A DNA stretch of 64,000 bases from Patescibacteria group bacterium (GCA_041662585.1 JBAZSG010000001.1:2381-66380), one strand, 5' to 3'. Positions 38,959 to 49,648 are shown, counted from the stretch's first letter. Notes: generated by a model from the letters alone, not told the origin. Translations and numbers: made by a program.

Positions 38959-39789
38959 TTATAAATACTTTGCTATAGCCAACCAATCGTCTATTTTCAA
39001 CTTTTCAGCCCTAATATTGGTATCTAAACCTATTTTATCAAAAACTATTTTCAACTTTTCTTTATTTATAGTCTGATCACTAAGTAAATTATTAAAAAGT
39101 TTTTTGCGCTTATAGGCAAAACCTCTTTTGACAATCTGCCAAGTCTTTTTTTCATCCTCATCATAATCCCAAGCGTGTATATCATAAATATATAATATTG
39201 CTGAATCTACTTTTGGCTGAGGATAAAAATTTTCTTTGCTGACCAAACTAGCCAATTTACTTTTAGCATAAAAAGCTACCGACAAAGATAATAGACTTTG
39301 TTTTTTATTGTCCACTACTCTTTGAGCTACTTCCTTTTGTATCATTAAAGTCATGCTCAATGGCTTTTTGTCAGCCACTACAAATTTTTGCACAAATTTG
39401 CCAGTCAAATAATACGGAATATTGGCCACTATTTTATAATCATCAACACCATAGCTATTTAAAATTTCTCGCCATTGTACGCCAGTCAAAGACAAGATAT
39501 CTTGCCAAATAATTTTTAAATTTTTATTTAACTTTACTAATGTATTCAATATTTCTTGTAAATTTTTATCAATCTCCAAAGCTACTACCTGTTTGCTAGT
39601 AGCTACCAATCTTTGTGTCAAAGCTCCTAGACCTGGACCAACTTCTAAAATCAAATCGTGCTTATCAATTTTTGCTGTCGCAATAATATCATCCAATACT
39701 TCGTCTGAAATCAAAAAATTTTGTCCTCGTATTTTATTGGGGCTTAAATTATATTTTTTCAACAAAAATTTTAATTCATCTATTTTCAT
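38959..39789 (-). CDS. rsmA: 16S rRNA m6,2A dimethyltransferase RsmA/KsgA
   Basis: GQNFL, LEVGPGLGALT, VANIPYY, QKEVA, F.PQPKVDSA, RAE. Confidence 0.96.
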   Translation of the reverse strand: MKIDELKFLLKKYNLSPNKIRGQNFLISDEVLDDIIATAKIDKHDLILEVGPGLGALTQRLVATSKQVVALEIDKNLQEILNTLVKLNKNLKIIWQDILSLTGVQWREILNSYGVDDYKIVANIPYYLTGKFVQKFVVADKKPLSMTLMIQKEVAQRVVDNKKQSLLSLSVAFYAKSKLASLVSKENFYPQPKVDSAILYIYDIHAWDYDEDEKKTWQIVKRGFAYKRKKLFNNLLSDQTINKEKLKIVFDKIGLDTNIRAEKLKIDDWLAIAKYL

Positions 39790-39792
39790 AAT

Positions 39793-40968
39793 CTACAGCA
39801 ACATATAGAGCAAAGTCATAGCTCCACCTAGTATAAAAGTTATCTTAAAAGCCAAGGCTTCATCAGCAATAAATAAAGTCAGAGCATAAACAGCTATTAT
39901 AGCCAATATTTTACCCACCACCAAAGACATTTCAAAAAATAAAACCCTGCTCATCACCACTCTTTTATGACTAGCTTCTTGTTCTTTGGCTTTTTCATAA
40001 GCCAAGGCAACTAATGGTACTGATATTACATTTTTACCCAATCTAGAAAGAGTATCAACAAAAAATACACCAGCGATATTGACAATAAAAATTCTAAAAA
40101 ACCAAGCCAACGCATAAATGTATGCCCCTAAAGACAAAATTTTTCTTTTATTTTTTGAATCCGTCAATTTGCCAATATAAAAAATTACCAAAGTGGTAAT
40201 AAATGTAGCCAAAGTAACAACTAATCCCAAATCAAAAATGTTTGATATAACAATAGAAATAAATACCGGCCAGATTATCATCACTATCAACTCTTCACCA
40301 AAACCAATATAACCCAAAAGGCTTTGACGATTTTCTTTGTTAAAAAGATCTTGATAAGCCTCTTTATAAGAAAAACCACTGGGTGTAAATTTTTCTCTGG
40401 TCATAAGAGTTGGTATATTTGAAGCCAAAAATATAATAGAGGCAATTGTAAATAATGCTCCATAACCCCATTCCAAAATAATAAAACCAGCCAAAACTGG
40501 CCCCATAATAAAAACCAAAGAGGTTGCTACATTCATAGTGGAGATCTCTCTGCCATCCTCTTTTTGATCAGAAAATCTAGCAAAATTGGCATGATAGGCT
40601 GGCCAGTAAAACATTTTTTGAACAGCAAAAATAAGTGGAGTAATATAAAATAAAATTGGATAATCAACAATAAAAAATAAAGCGATATAAAAAAATATAA
40701 AAAATACAGAGCCAACAAATATGCCCAGCTCATAGCCAAAATAGCGAGCAAACTTGGCACCTAAAGGTACAATAAAAAAATATAAGCCATAAACAATAAA
40801 ATAAAACAACATCAGCTCATGTAGTTTGTAGCCAATCTGATAAAGATAAATCGGTTCAAAAATTGTTACTAGTGCTAAAGCTAAATTTATCAAAGTAGTA
40901 GAGATAAACAATTCTTTGACTTGACGCCTCATATGTTGAGGTAAAAAGCTTTTGACAAAATGTAACAT
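39793..40968 (-). CDS. MFS-type transporter
   Basis: About 12 hydrophobic helices; GKLTDSKNKR loop resembles MFS motif A. Confidence 0.8.
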   Translation of the reverse strand: MLHFVKSFLPQHMRRQVKELFISTTLINLALALVTIFEPIYLYQIGYKLHELMLFYFIVYGLYFFIVPLGAKFARYFGYELGIFVGSVFFIFFYIALFFIVDYPILFYITPLIFAVQKMFYWPAYHANFARFSDQKEDGREISTMNVATSLVFIMGPVLAGFIILEWGYGALFTIASIIFLASNIPTLMTREKFTPSGFSYKEAYQDLFNKENRQSLLGYIGFGEELIVMIIWPVFISIVISNIFDLGLVVTLATFITTLVIFYIGKLTDSKNKRKILSLGAYIYALAWFFRIFIVNIAGVFFVDTLSRLGKNVISVPLVALAYEKAKEQEASHKRVVMSRVLFFEMSLVVGKILAIIAVYALTLFIADEALAFKITFILGGAMTLLYMLL

Positions 40969-40992
40969 AAATATTATTTTTTAATCTTTAAT

Positions 40993-41604
40993 TTAATCTA
41001 AAGATATTTTTATATCACCTTGACGAAGAATCTCACCTTTATCATCCACAAATTTTATAATGGTCGAAGCATTTCTTCTGGGCAATCTACCAGCATTGAT
41101 AAACAAATCTGGTTGTATTTTTGAATCTTTTAATTGTTTATAAATTTCTGCTGCTGTATAACAACTAGGATTGTTTGATATATTGGCTGAAGTAGCCACT
41201 ATTGGCTTGGCAAAATTTGTCACCAAATCCATAGCAAATACATGATCTGAAACTCTAAGCGCTAGATAATCATCACCATGCTCTTGTATTTTATAATATT
41301 TGTATGGCAAAACCAAAGTAAGTGGTCCTGGCCAATAATGTGAAGCTAGGCGTTTTGCTTTTTCTGAAAACCTGACCAAAGAATTAGCTGTTATCATATC
41401 TGGTATGAGTACTGATAAAGGATTTTTTTTATTGCGTTTTTTTATTTTATAAATTTTATTACACGCTTTCTTGTCATAAAAATCACAACCCATACCATAA
41501 GAAGTTTCCGTAGGATAAATAATTATTCCTCCTCTATTTAAAACTTCCATCGCTTCTTGCAAAACCTTTATTTTATTATTTTTATTTAATTTTATTTCTT
41601 TCAT
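40993..41604 (-). CDS. tsaC: L-threonylcarbamoyladenylate synthase (TsaC/YrdC)
   Basis: YPTETSYG, KKR...P, WPGPLT, TSANIS. Confidence 0.95.
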   Translation of the reverse strand: MKEIKLNKNNKIKVLQEAMEVLNRGGIIIYPTETSYGMGCDFYDKKACNKIYKIKKRNKKNPLSVLIPDMITANSLVRFSEKAKRLASHYWPGPLTLVLPYKYYKIQEHGDDYLALRVSDHVFAMDLVTNFAKPIVATSANISNNPSCYTAAEIYKQLKDSKIQPDLFINAGRLPRRNASTIIKFVDDKGEILRQGDIKISLD

Positions 41605-41624
41605 AATATTATATAGCTCTAATT

Positions 41625-44048
41625 TTATTTTAACACTATAGAAATTATTTTATTTTTAATATGTATAAATTTTACAAGCTCTTTGCCTGCAAGGTGCTTG
41701 GCTACTTTACTTCTAGCTAATATTTCTTTTTTCAAATCATCTGATGGCTCAACATCAAAATCCAGTTCTATCTCATCACGAACTTTACCATTTATTTGAA
41801 TACCAATCACTATTTTTTCATCTCTAGCCAAGTCTGAGTCATACTCTGGCCAAGCTTGTCTGGTCAAACTTTCTGGATTACCCAAAATTTGCCACATCTC
41901 TTCAGCTATATGTGGAGCAAAAGGAGATAATATTAATACAAACTTTTCAAAAACATCTTTGGCAATATTTTTTTGTTTATCTAAATGATTTATCAAAATC
42001 ATCATCTGAGCAACAGCCGTATTAAAACGCATATTATCAATATCCTCTCCTACTTTTTTAATACTTTTATGAAGCAAGCTCTGACTGTCTTTATCAGCTG
42101 CTACTTCAGATACTTTGTCTTGTAAATCCCAAACTTTATTTAAAAATCTATACACACCACTAACCCCTTTATCATCCCAAGCAATAGACTGATCAAATGG
42201 TCCCATAAACATTTCATAGGTTCTGACTGTATCTGCTCCATATTTTTCCAAATAACTATCAGGATTTATGACATTGCCTTTTGACTTAGACATCTTGATA
42301 CCACCCTCACCCAGTATCATACCTTGAGCTGTGCGTTTATAATATGGCTCATCACCAATATCTTTGTGACTAGGTACTACATTTATATCAGCCAAAAATT
42401 TGTATACAAATCTAGAATAAAGTAAATGCAAGGTAGTATGCTCCATACCACCGTTGTACCAATCAACTGGTAACCAGTAATCTGCTTTTTTTATAGCTAT
42501 GAGTTCTTTATCATTATGTGGATCAATATAGCGCAAAAAATACCAATTTGATCCTGCCCAGTTAGGCATGACGTCTGTTTCTCTTTTGGCTGCTTGTCCG
42601 CATTTTGGACAAGTAGTATTGACCCATGCCGTTACTTTGGCTAGTGGTGACTCACCATTGTCACCGGGTTGAAAATCATCAATATTTGGTAAAGTGACTG
42701 GCAATTCATCTTCTGCAACTGGCAACCAGCCACACTCTTTACAATTTATCATTGGTATTGGCTCTCCCCAATAACGTTGACGAGAAAATATCCAATCGTG
42801 TAATTTATAATTTACAGTGGCCCTGCCCAGTTTATTACCTTCCAGCCATTTGACTATCTTTTTTTGAAAATCACTAACCAACAAACCATTATATTCTCCT
42901 GAGTTTATCATCTGACCTGTTTTGGTATCTGTATATGCCTCTTGACTAATATCGCCTCCACTGATTACTGCCCGTATCTCTATATTATATTTTTTGGCAA
43001 AAGCAAAATCACGCGTATCATGAGCCGGTACAGCCATAATAGAACCAGTACCATAATTCATCATAACATAGTCAGCTATAAACACTGGTATCTCTTCATT
43101 GTTTACTGGATTGACAGCTTTGATACCTTTGAGTTCTATACCAGTTTTGACTTTGTTTTCACCAGATCTTTCTATATCAGTTTTTTTGGCTGTAGCCTCT
43201 ATATACTCTTTGACTTCTGTAATATTAAAAATATTTTTTGCCAATTCATTCAAAATTGGATGTTCTGGAGCAACAACCATAAAAGTGACTCCAAACAAAG
43301 TGTCTGGTCTAGTGGTAAATACTTTTAATGTCTGCGTACTATTTTTGATGACAAAATCAAGCTCAGCTCCCTGACTTTTTCCTATCCAATCGCTTTGTTG
43401 TTTTTTGATAGTGTCTAAAAAATTTATTTTGTCCAGCCCAGCAATCAAGCGATCAGCATAGTCCGTAATCTTCAATATCCATTGTTCTTTTTGTTTTTTG
43501 ATTATTTCTCCTCCACACCTTTCACAAAAACCATTTATCACTTCTTCATTGGCCAAACCAATTTTACATGAAATACACCAGTTGATATTTTCACTAGCTT
43601 TGTAAGCCAGACCTTTTTTAAACATTTGAATAAATATCCATTGTGTCCATTTATAATATTTTGGATCTGTGGTTTCTACAAACCTAGACCAATCAAAAGA
43701 AAAACCAGTACCTTTGAGTTGTCTGACAAAGTTGTCTATATTTTTACGAGTAGTAATTTGTGGATGAGTATTTGTTTTGATAGCATAATTTTCTGCTGGA
43801 AGACCAAAGGCATCCATACCCATTGGAAATAAAGTATTAAAACCTTCCATTCTTTTCTTACGACAAATAATATCCATGGCCGTATAAGACCGCAAATGAC
43901 CCGTGTGCAAACCTTCTCCAGATGGATAAGGAAATTCTACTAGCCCATAAAATTTTTTGTTCTTAGTATCATCCTGAGCAGCAAAACTATGCTTATCTTC
44001 CCAATACTTTTGCCACTTTTTTTCTATTTTATTTGCCTGATATTTCAT
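41625..44048 (-). CDS. leuS: Leucine--tRNA ligase
   Basis: FPYPSG.GLHTGH (HIGH), editing-domain FTTRPDT and GSIMAVPAHDTRD, SRQRYWG, KMSKS. Confidence 0.98.
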   Translation of the reverse strand: MKYQANKIEKKWQKYWEDKHSFAAQDDTKNKKFYGLVEFPYPSGEGLHTGHLRSYTAMDIICRKKRMEGFNTLFPMGMDAFGLPAENYAIKTNTHPQITTRKNIDNFVRQLKGTGFSFDWSRFVETTDPKYYKWTQWIFIQMFKKGLAYKASENINWCISCKIGLANEEVINGFCERCGGEIIKKQKEQWILKITDYADRLIAGLDKINFLDTIKKQQSDWIGKSQGAELDFVIKNSTQTLKVFTTRPDTLFGVTFMVVAPEHPILNELAKNIFNITEVKEYIEATAKKTDIERSGENKVKTGIELKGIKAVNPVNNEEIPVFIADYVMMNYGTGSIMAVPAHDTRDFAFAKKYNIEIRAVISGGDISQEAYTDTKTGQMINSGEYNGLLVSDFQKKIVKWLEGNKLGRATVNYKLHDWIFSRQRYWGEPIPMINCKECGWLPVAEDELPVTLPNIDDFQPGDNGESPLAKVTAWVNTTCPKCGQAAKRETDVMPNWAGSNWYFLRYIDPHNDKELIAIKKADYWLPVDWYNGGMEHTTLHLLYSRFVYKFLADINVVPSHKDIGDEPYYKRTAQGMILGEGGIKMSKSKGNVINPDSYLEKYGADTVRTYEMFMGPFDQSIAWDDKGVSGVYRFLNKVWDLQDKVSEVAADKDSQSLLHKSIKKVGEDIDNMRFNTAVAQMMILINHLDKQKNIAKDVFEKFVLILSPFAPHIAEEMWQILGNPESLTRQAWPEYDSDLARDEKIVIGIQINGKVRDEIELDFDVEPSDDLKKEILARSKVAKHLAGKELVKFIHIKNKIISIVLK

Positions 44049-44072
44049 ATTTATTTTACAATTTGTAATGAA

Positions 44073-44101
44073 ATTTTATCATTTACTAGCCAAAAAATCA
44101 A
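44073..44101 (-). promoter_or_regulatory. Sigma70 promoter of the leuS operon
   Basis: TTGATT-17 nt-TAAAAT with a TG extension; short leader with no T-box. Confidence 0.55.
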
Positions 44102-44413
44102 ACAAACAATATTGGCAAATATTGATCTTGACTGTTAAAATATGTTCTGATATGTTATTATTTCTATTATAAAAAATACTTAAATATTAAGTACAACTAT
44201 ATTTCACTTTTTATTAAAAAAATACTGAATAAATTAGCTATCCGTTCCATAGACGGACTTATTTATTTATACAAAAAATCTCTAATATTAGCACATTTTT
44301 TTGGTATTGCACTACTTTGGGTAGGTAAATATACAGTTTTACCAAGTATATTATTTGTCTATAAAAATATACTAAAATCTAAAATAAAACTAAAAAATAT
44401 CAGATTATCTGAT

Positions 44414-45547
44414 ATGAATTATATAATACTTATTAAAAAATATTTACCAAGTGCTATTATAATAATTATTATTATAGTCGTTACTACCAATAATATATTT
44501 GCCCAAAACTATAGTGCCGATGAATATGCTACTCGTACTCTTCTGTCAAATATAATACCAAAAAGTGAAGATGAGGTTGGTTGGAGTGAATTGATAGAAG
44601 AAACTGGCCCAGCTACCAATCAGGCTCCTATGGCCAATTATCTAGACGATCAAGGCACTTTACAACAATTGGTAGTAAATACTCCTTTTGCAGAAACAGA
44701 AAATATCTATGCTGATACATCGCCAGACTCATCTAGCTTAGTATTGTTAAGTCCTGAAGACACAGGTTCTGATACACCAGTAGAAATATCCAGAACCAAG
44801 CTAGTAGAATACACTATTCAACCAGGTGATGTCATAGGTGCTATTGCTGAAAAATTTGGTGTTTCGGCCAATACAATTCTTTGGGAAAATAACTTAACTT
44901 GGAATAGTACTATCAGACCAGGACAAAAAATAAATATCTTACAAGACTCTGGTATAAGTCACAAGGTGGTATCGGGTGATACAATACTAGCCATTGCCAA
45001 AAAATATCAAGCCGATGCCGAAAATATTGTGGCTGCCAACAAACTAGCTGATTCCTCTGATATTAGCATTGGTGAATTGTTATTTATCCCCGATGGTGTG
45101 CGCCCTACTAGAGTAGTATCCTCATATACTCCTCCATCTGCCAGCAACTTTGATGATGTGCCATCATCAGCTAGTGTAGACAGTGGCAGTAAATTACTAT
45201 GGCCAGTACTCAGTCATCGTATTACTCAATATTATACTTGGCGTCATTCTGGTTTGGATATTGGTGATAAAACTGGCAACCCTATTTATGCTGCAGAAGC
45301 TGGTAAAGTAGAAAAGGCTGGTTGGAATAGCGGTGGTTATGGAAATTATGTAATCATAAATCATGGTAATGGGCTACAAACTCTTTATGGCCATGCCAGC
45401 AAAGTGCTAGTATCAGCTGGCGACTCGGTATCTAGAGGCGAAACTATAGCCTTGGTGGGATCAACTGGCCGTTCAACTGGCCCACACTTACACTTGGAGG
45501 TCAAAGTCAATGGTGTTAGACAAAATCCTATAAACTACATTAAATAA
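44414..45547 (+). CDS. Two-LysM plus M23 peptidoglycan endopeptidase (true start may lie upstream, non-AUG)
   Basis: LysM motifs YTIQPGD...IAEKF and HKVVSGDT...IAKKY; M23 motifs HSGLDI, YGHAS, STGPHLH. Confidence 0.92.
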   Translation: MNYIILIKKYLPSAIIIIIIIVVTTNNIFAQNYSADEYATRTLLSNIIPKSEDEVGWSELIEETGPATNQAPMANYLDDQGTLQQLVVNTPFAETENIYADTSPDSSSLVLLSPEDTGSDTPVEISRTKLVEYTIQPGDVIGAIAEKFGVSANTILWENNLTWNSTIRPGQKINILQDSGISHKVVSGDTILAIAKKYQADAENIVAANKLADSSDISIGELLFIPDGVRPTRVVSSYTPPSASNFDDVPSSASVDSGSKLLWPVLSHRITQYYTWRHSGLDIGDKTGNPIYAAEAGKVEKAGWNSGGYGNYVIINHGNGLQTLYGHASKVLVSAGDSVSRGETIALVGSTGRSTGPHLHLEVKVNGVRQNPINYIK

Positions 45548-45559
45548 TTTGATTAAGAT

Positions 45560-45599
45560 AAAACCGCCGCCCATAGCTTACGCGAAGAGCGGCGGTTTT
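45560..45599. terminator. Bidirectional terminator between convergent genes
   Basis: AAAACCGCCGC...GCGGCGGTTTT. Confidence 0.8.
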
Positions 45600-45620
45600 A
45601 ATTTTATAACTAATAAATCA

Positions 45621-47120
45621 CTACCAACAACCACTAGCTTCATTAAACACTAAACTATCTGGGCACTGACAATTATTATTTGACCAAGTACCTCCAGTAA
45701 ACTCACAAATTTCTTGTGGATTAACCTCCCAATCAGATGGCTTATAAAGAGTATCTAAGTTTAATTGACCCTCGCCAATTGGATTATAACCACTTAATAC
45801 TTCCTGCCCATCTAAGTAAGTATCCCCATCGCTATCGGGATTATTAATATCAGTACCATAAAAACTCTCATACATATCGGATAAACCATCTTGATCTGTG
45901 TCTAATTCCGTATCCATATTAGCATCTAATAAAGTATCATTGTTCATTTGCTCAGCATTCATTAAAATATCACTAATATTTTCAATATTTTGTACCTTAT
46001 CTGGTTTATTTATATCATAATAATCAATAGCTTTAATAAGCTGCTTTATATTGCCGTTTATAACAACAGAGCTTGAATCATCACCCAATATCAAATCATT
46101 AATATGAATTTCAAAACCTTGAATATTTTTGGTTTTAGAATTTATCAAAACTATAAAATCTAAACTTTCAAACATTTTTTTAAATTTGACAAAATCTTCT
46201 GGTTTTTCTGTCTTCATTTTTTCAAAGCCCTCCATATATTCTTTTCTATAATCTACATAAACAGGAGAATTTTTATCTACTTCTAGTATTGTTTCGTAAG
46301 TATTGGCAATATGATCAATAAATAATTTTACTAGCGTATCTATTTTTTCCTCTTTAACGTTTAATTGAATTTTTCTAAAACCATTGGCATCCTTTTTTAA
46401 ATCTGTAACAATAAAAACCTTTTCTTCTTTCAATTTATCTAAAAAATTATTAACTTGTATATTTATTTTAGCCAAATTATCTTTATTTATAGTTACATTA
46501 TAATTAATATCTGCATCTTTATAAATATTATCTATATTCATCTCCAACCAAGTATCACCAAAATCTGGTATTGGTACAAATCCTCCTAATAATTCCGACA
46601 ATGTGCCAGAATCAATCAAAAAATATAACTTATCATCAACTTTTTTTATTTTTGTTCCAATGTTTAAATCAAAACTTTCTGTCTTTGATGCCAAGTTTAT
46701 ATCTGATTCAAAATTTGAGCCTATATTTTTTTGCTGACTAGTTATATTTAAATTAAATTTCTGACCACCAAAAAACATGGCATAGAGACCTTCTTGTTTG
46801 TTATCTATAAAATTTATATCCAAAAATACACTAGCGTCATTTTGATAATTTTCTATATTTTCTAAACCCCAATCCCACTTGGCTTGTTTGAGTAGCATCA
46901 AAGCTTGTCCTTTGGCATAATACCACCAACCACCAACACCAATAATAATAAGCAATACAACTGCCAAGACAATAAAAAATATACGCTTATTAGAACGTCC
47001 AGCTTTGGGATTTTGACTAGTCATCCTATCCTGTAAACCAGCTGGAGACACTACATTAAAAGTCGGATTGACTGGTACATAAGTTTTATTAATTTGATTA
47101 TTATTTTCCAAATTTTCCAT
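45621..47120 (-). CDS. Membrane-anchored surface protein with C-terminal TSP3-like Ca-binding repeats and a Cys cap
   Basis: Single TM near residue 50; DTDQDGLSD.YE...DSDGDTYLDGQE; CEFTGGTW...CQCP...GC. Confidence 0.8.
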   Translation of the reverse strand: MENLENNNQINKTYVPVNPTFNVVSPAGLQDRMTSQNPKAGRSNKRIFFIVLAVVLLIIIGVGGWWYYAKGQALMLLKQAKWDWGLENIENYQNDASVFLDINFIDNKQEGLYAMFFGGQKFNLNITSQQKNIGSNFESDINLASKTESFDLNIGTKIKKVDDKLYFLIDSGTLSELLGGFVPIPDFGDTWLEMNIDNIYKDADINYNVTINKDNLAKINIQVNNFLDKLKEEKVFIVTDLKKDANGFRKIQLNVKEEKIDTLVKLFIDHIANTYETILEVDKNSPVYVDYRKEYMEGFEKMKTEKPEDFVKFKKMFESLDFIVLINSKTKNIQGFEIHINDLILGDDSSSVVINGNIKQLIKAIDYYDINKPDKVQNIENISDILMNAEQMNNDTLLDANMDTELDTDQDGLSDMYESFYGTDINNPDSDGDTYLDGQEVLSGYNPIGEGQLNLDTLYKPSDWEVNPQEICEFTGGTWSNNNCQCPDSLVFNEASGCW

Positions 47121-47124
47121 AAAA

Positions 47125-48075
47125 TTATCCTCTATTAATTAGATAAATTATATAAATAATATAAGTTCCCACCATGGTCATGCCTTGCCATTTCTGCAAA
47201 ACATTTTTTTTACCAATAAACATAAAAATAAATAATAACATCATGGCAATAATCATAAAATAAATGTCAAAATTTAAGACTGGCGAAAAATCAATCGGAC
47301 GAATAATAGCGCTAACTCCCAAAATATAAAAAATATTAAAAATGTTGGAACCCACCACATTACCAATAGCAATATCAGCCTTGTGTTTGTAAGCAGCCAT
47401 AGCACTAGCTGCCAACTCAGGCAAAGATGTACCAACAGCTACAATAGTCAAACCAATAAGTGATTCACTCATACCAAATTTATAAGCTATTTTAATAGCT
47501 CCATCAACTATCCATTGGCCACCCAAAGTCAAAGCTACTATGCCAGCTAAGACCATAAGTATAGATTTCCAAGTGCTATATTCTTGTATATCATCTGATT
47601 CACCTTCTACTTTGGTAAGGCCAAAAGTATAATACAAAAATATAATAAAAAAGGCCAAAAGAATGCTACCGTCTATTCTGGTCAAGGCAGAAAAATCAAA
47701 ACCGTCTATCATCATATCATTGACCAAAAACCACAAAACAAAACTAGCCAAAAGATTTAATGGGATTTCTTTGCTAACTGTGCCTTTTTTTACTGCCAAT
47801 GGGAAAATAATCGTAGCTACTCCCAAAATAAGCAAAACATTGGCAATATTTGAACCAACGATATTACCAATAGCCAAATCTCCACTACCTTTAAAAGAAG
47901 CAAACAAATTTACCACCAGTTCTGGAGCAGAAGTACCAAAAGCCACAATAGTCAGACCAATCATCAGATTGGACATCTTAAATCTTTTGGCTATTGAAGA
48001 TGCACCATCTACTAGCCAATCAGCACCTTTGATCAGAAAATAAAATCCAGCAATAAATAATGTATAAGTAAGCAT
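47125..48075 (-). CDS. yrbG: Ca2+/Na+ (CaCA) antiporter, YrbG family
   Basis: Alpha repeats GTSAPE...GNIVGSN and GTSLPE...GNVVGSN. Confidence 0.93.
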   Translation of the reverse strand: MLTYTLFIAGFYFLIKGADWLVDGASSIAKRFKMSNLMIGLTIVAFGTSAPELVVNLFASFKGSGDLAIGNIVGSNIANVLLILGVATIIFPLAVKKGTVSKEIPLNLLASFVLWFLVNDMMIDGFDFSALTRIDGSILLAFFIIFLYYTFGLTKVEGESDDIQEYSTWKSILMVLAGIVALTLGGQWIVDGAIKIAYKFGMSESLIGLTIVAVGTSLPELAASAMAAYKHKADIAIGNVVGSNIFNIFYILGVSAIIRPIDFSPVLNFDIYFMIIAMMLLFIFMFIGKKNVLQKWQGMTMVGTYIIYIIYLINRG

Positions 48076-48120
48076 AAATATTTTTATTATGAATATATTT
48101 TAGCATAAATTAGACAAAAT

Positions 48121-48154
48121 AAAAAACATCCAGCCTCTTGTGAGAGACTGGATG
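48121..48154 (-). terminator. Rho-independent terminator
   Basis: Minus strand CATCCAGTCTCT-caca-AGAGGCTGGATG-TTTTTT. Confidence 0.8.
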
Positions 48155-48168
48155 ATATATATAAGTGG

Positions 48169-49515
48169 TTACGCTTCTATCGGTTCCACTTTAGTGGAAA
48201 TTTCTGCGTTAGCTTGTTTTGTGACAGCCTTTTCAAATAAGATTGCTCCTATTACCGTCACCAATATCACTGCTAAAAGAGACGCTGAGGCCATGGTTTC
48301 ATCTAAAGCACGATTGGCCAAAGCGACAGCCACAAAGACTAGGCCAACTTCGCCACGAATAGACATGGCTAGACCCACAAGTTTTCCTTCTTGTTTGTCT
48401 TTAAAAAGATATTTAACGGCATATTTACCGAAAAAGGCCAGAATAGTGAACAATATTGCCCACAACCAAACCTTGATATCTATCAAAGCAGCTCTTGGCA
48501 ACATAGTACCAATGCTGACCAAAAATCCTCCTACAAAAATGTGGATATAGCCTTCGATTTTGTTCCAAGCATCATGCTTGATTGCATTGTCAACTTTGGA
48601 CAATACTACACCAATGCCGAAGGCACCGAGAACCGGCTCCAATCCCAAAAGAGCAGCCAATGATGCCCCAATCATAAGCATGCCAAAGAAAAATCTGGTA
48701 AAAACACCCGTACTGTGTTGGTTGTAGTTTTTGTTGAGATAAGTTGCTATCTTATCAGCCACACCCATATTCCATAACACATAAGTGCCTATCAAAAATA
48801 CCAATACACCAATCCCCAACATGACATAAGGATTGAGCATACTTTCTTCAGCACCATGACTAGCTCCAGAAGCAGACATCTTGGCCAATATGGTCAAAAT
48901 AATAACGCCGAGGATGTCGTCAATGACAGCTGCACCTACGATCTGATTACCCAGATTGGTTTCCAGCTTACCAACTTTCTTTAGAGCCTCTACCGAAAGA
49001 CCCACTGAAGTAGCGGTAAATATACCTCCCAAGAAAATAGCTGGCATCCATTCTAGGCCTATCCAATAGTGACCTAAGGCCGCAAAAGACACAAGCGGAA
49101 TCAATACACCCAAAAAGGCCACAGCTGTAGCAATGACAATATTCTTTTTGAGCAACTCCATATCAAAATGAAGTCCAGCCTCAAACAGAATAAACAATAC
49201 TCCTAGCAATCTAGCCAACTCAACACCTTCAGCGTCAGGTTGTAATACTGACAAAATAGCTGGTCCAGCAATAATACCCATGATAATGGTACCAGCCATT
49301 GGAGCTATACCCAAAGCCTTGGCCATCCGATCGCCATAGGTAGCAAAAAGTGCTAAAAAAGCGATGTCGATTAAAATAGGCATATAGTGACTGACATCAT
49401 GATGGTGACTTTCAACTAAAGCCCCCCTCACAAAATACAAAAAGACTGCCATCACAGCTACTTCTAGGGTGAAAAAAATCAATCCCTTGATTCTTTTGTT
49501 CATATTGTTCTCCAC
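48169..49515 (-). CDS. CPA2-family cation:proton antiporter (NapA/KefB-like, no KTN domain)
   Basis: GIIAGP, LFEAGL, ATSVG, GAAVIDDILG, LGAF, RGEVGL motifs. Confidence 0.9.
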   Translation of the reverse strand: MENNMNKRIKGLIFFTLEVAVMAVFLYFVRGALVESHHHDVSHYMPILIDIAFLALFATYGDRMAKALGIAPMAGTIIMGIIAGPAILSVLQPDAEGVELARLLGVLFILFEAGLHFDMELLKKNIVIATAVAFLGVLIPLVSFAALGHYWIGLEWMPAIFLGGIFTATSVGLSVEALKKVGKLETNLGNQIVGAAVIDDILGVIILTILAKMSASGASHGAEESMLNPYVMLGIGVLVFLIGTYVLWNMGVADKIATYLNKNYNQHSTGVFTRFFFGMLMIGASLAALLGLEPVLGAFGIGVVLSKVDNAIKHDAWNKIEGYIHIFVGGFLVSIGTMLPRAALIDIKVWLWAILFTILAFFGKYAVKYLFKDKQEGKLVGLAMSIRGEVGLVFVAVALANRALDETMASASLLAVILVTVIGAILFEKAVTKQANAEISTKVEPIEA

Positions 49516-49598
49516 ATTTAAATTAATTAAGTAAATAACAAAAATCAGGAACAGTATACACTAACATTAGAAAAAAATCAAGACCTTTTTTCATAATC

Positions 49599-49628
49599 AA
49601 AAAACCTATTTAGTATCAAATAGGTTTT
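49599..49628 (-). terminator. Rho-independent terminator
   Basis: AAAACCTATTT-agtatc-AAATAGGTTTT with an A-run on the left. Confidence 0.65.
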
Positions 49629-49648
49629 ATTTTAAGTATTTTTAAATA

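Noticed and set aside
44049-44130. T-box riboswitch upstream of leuS
   Set aside because: The promoter is only about 25 nt from the start and no T-box consensus is present
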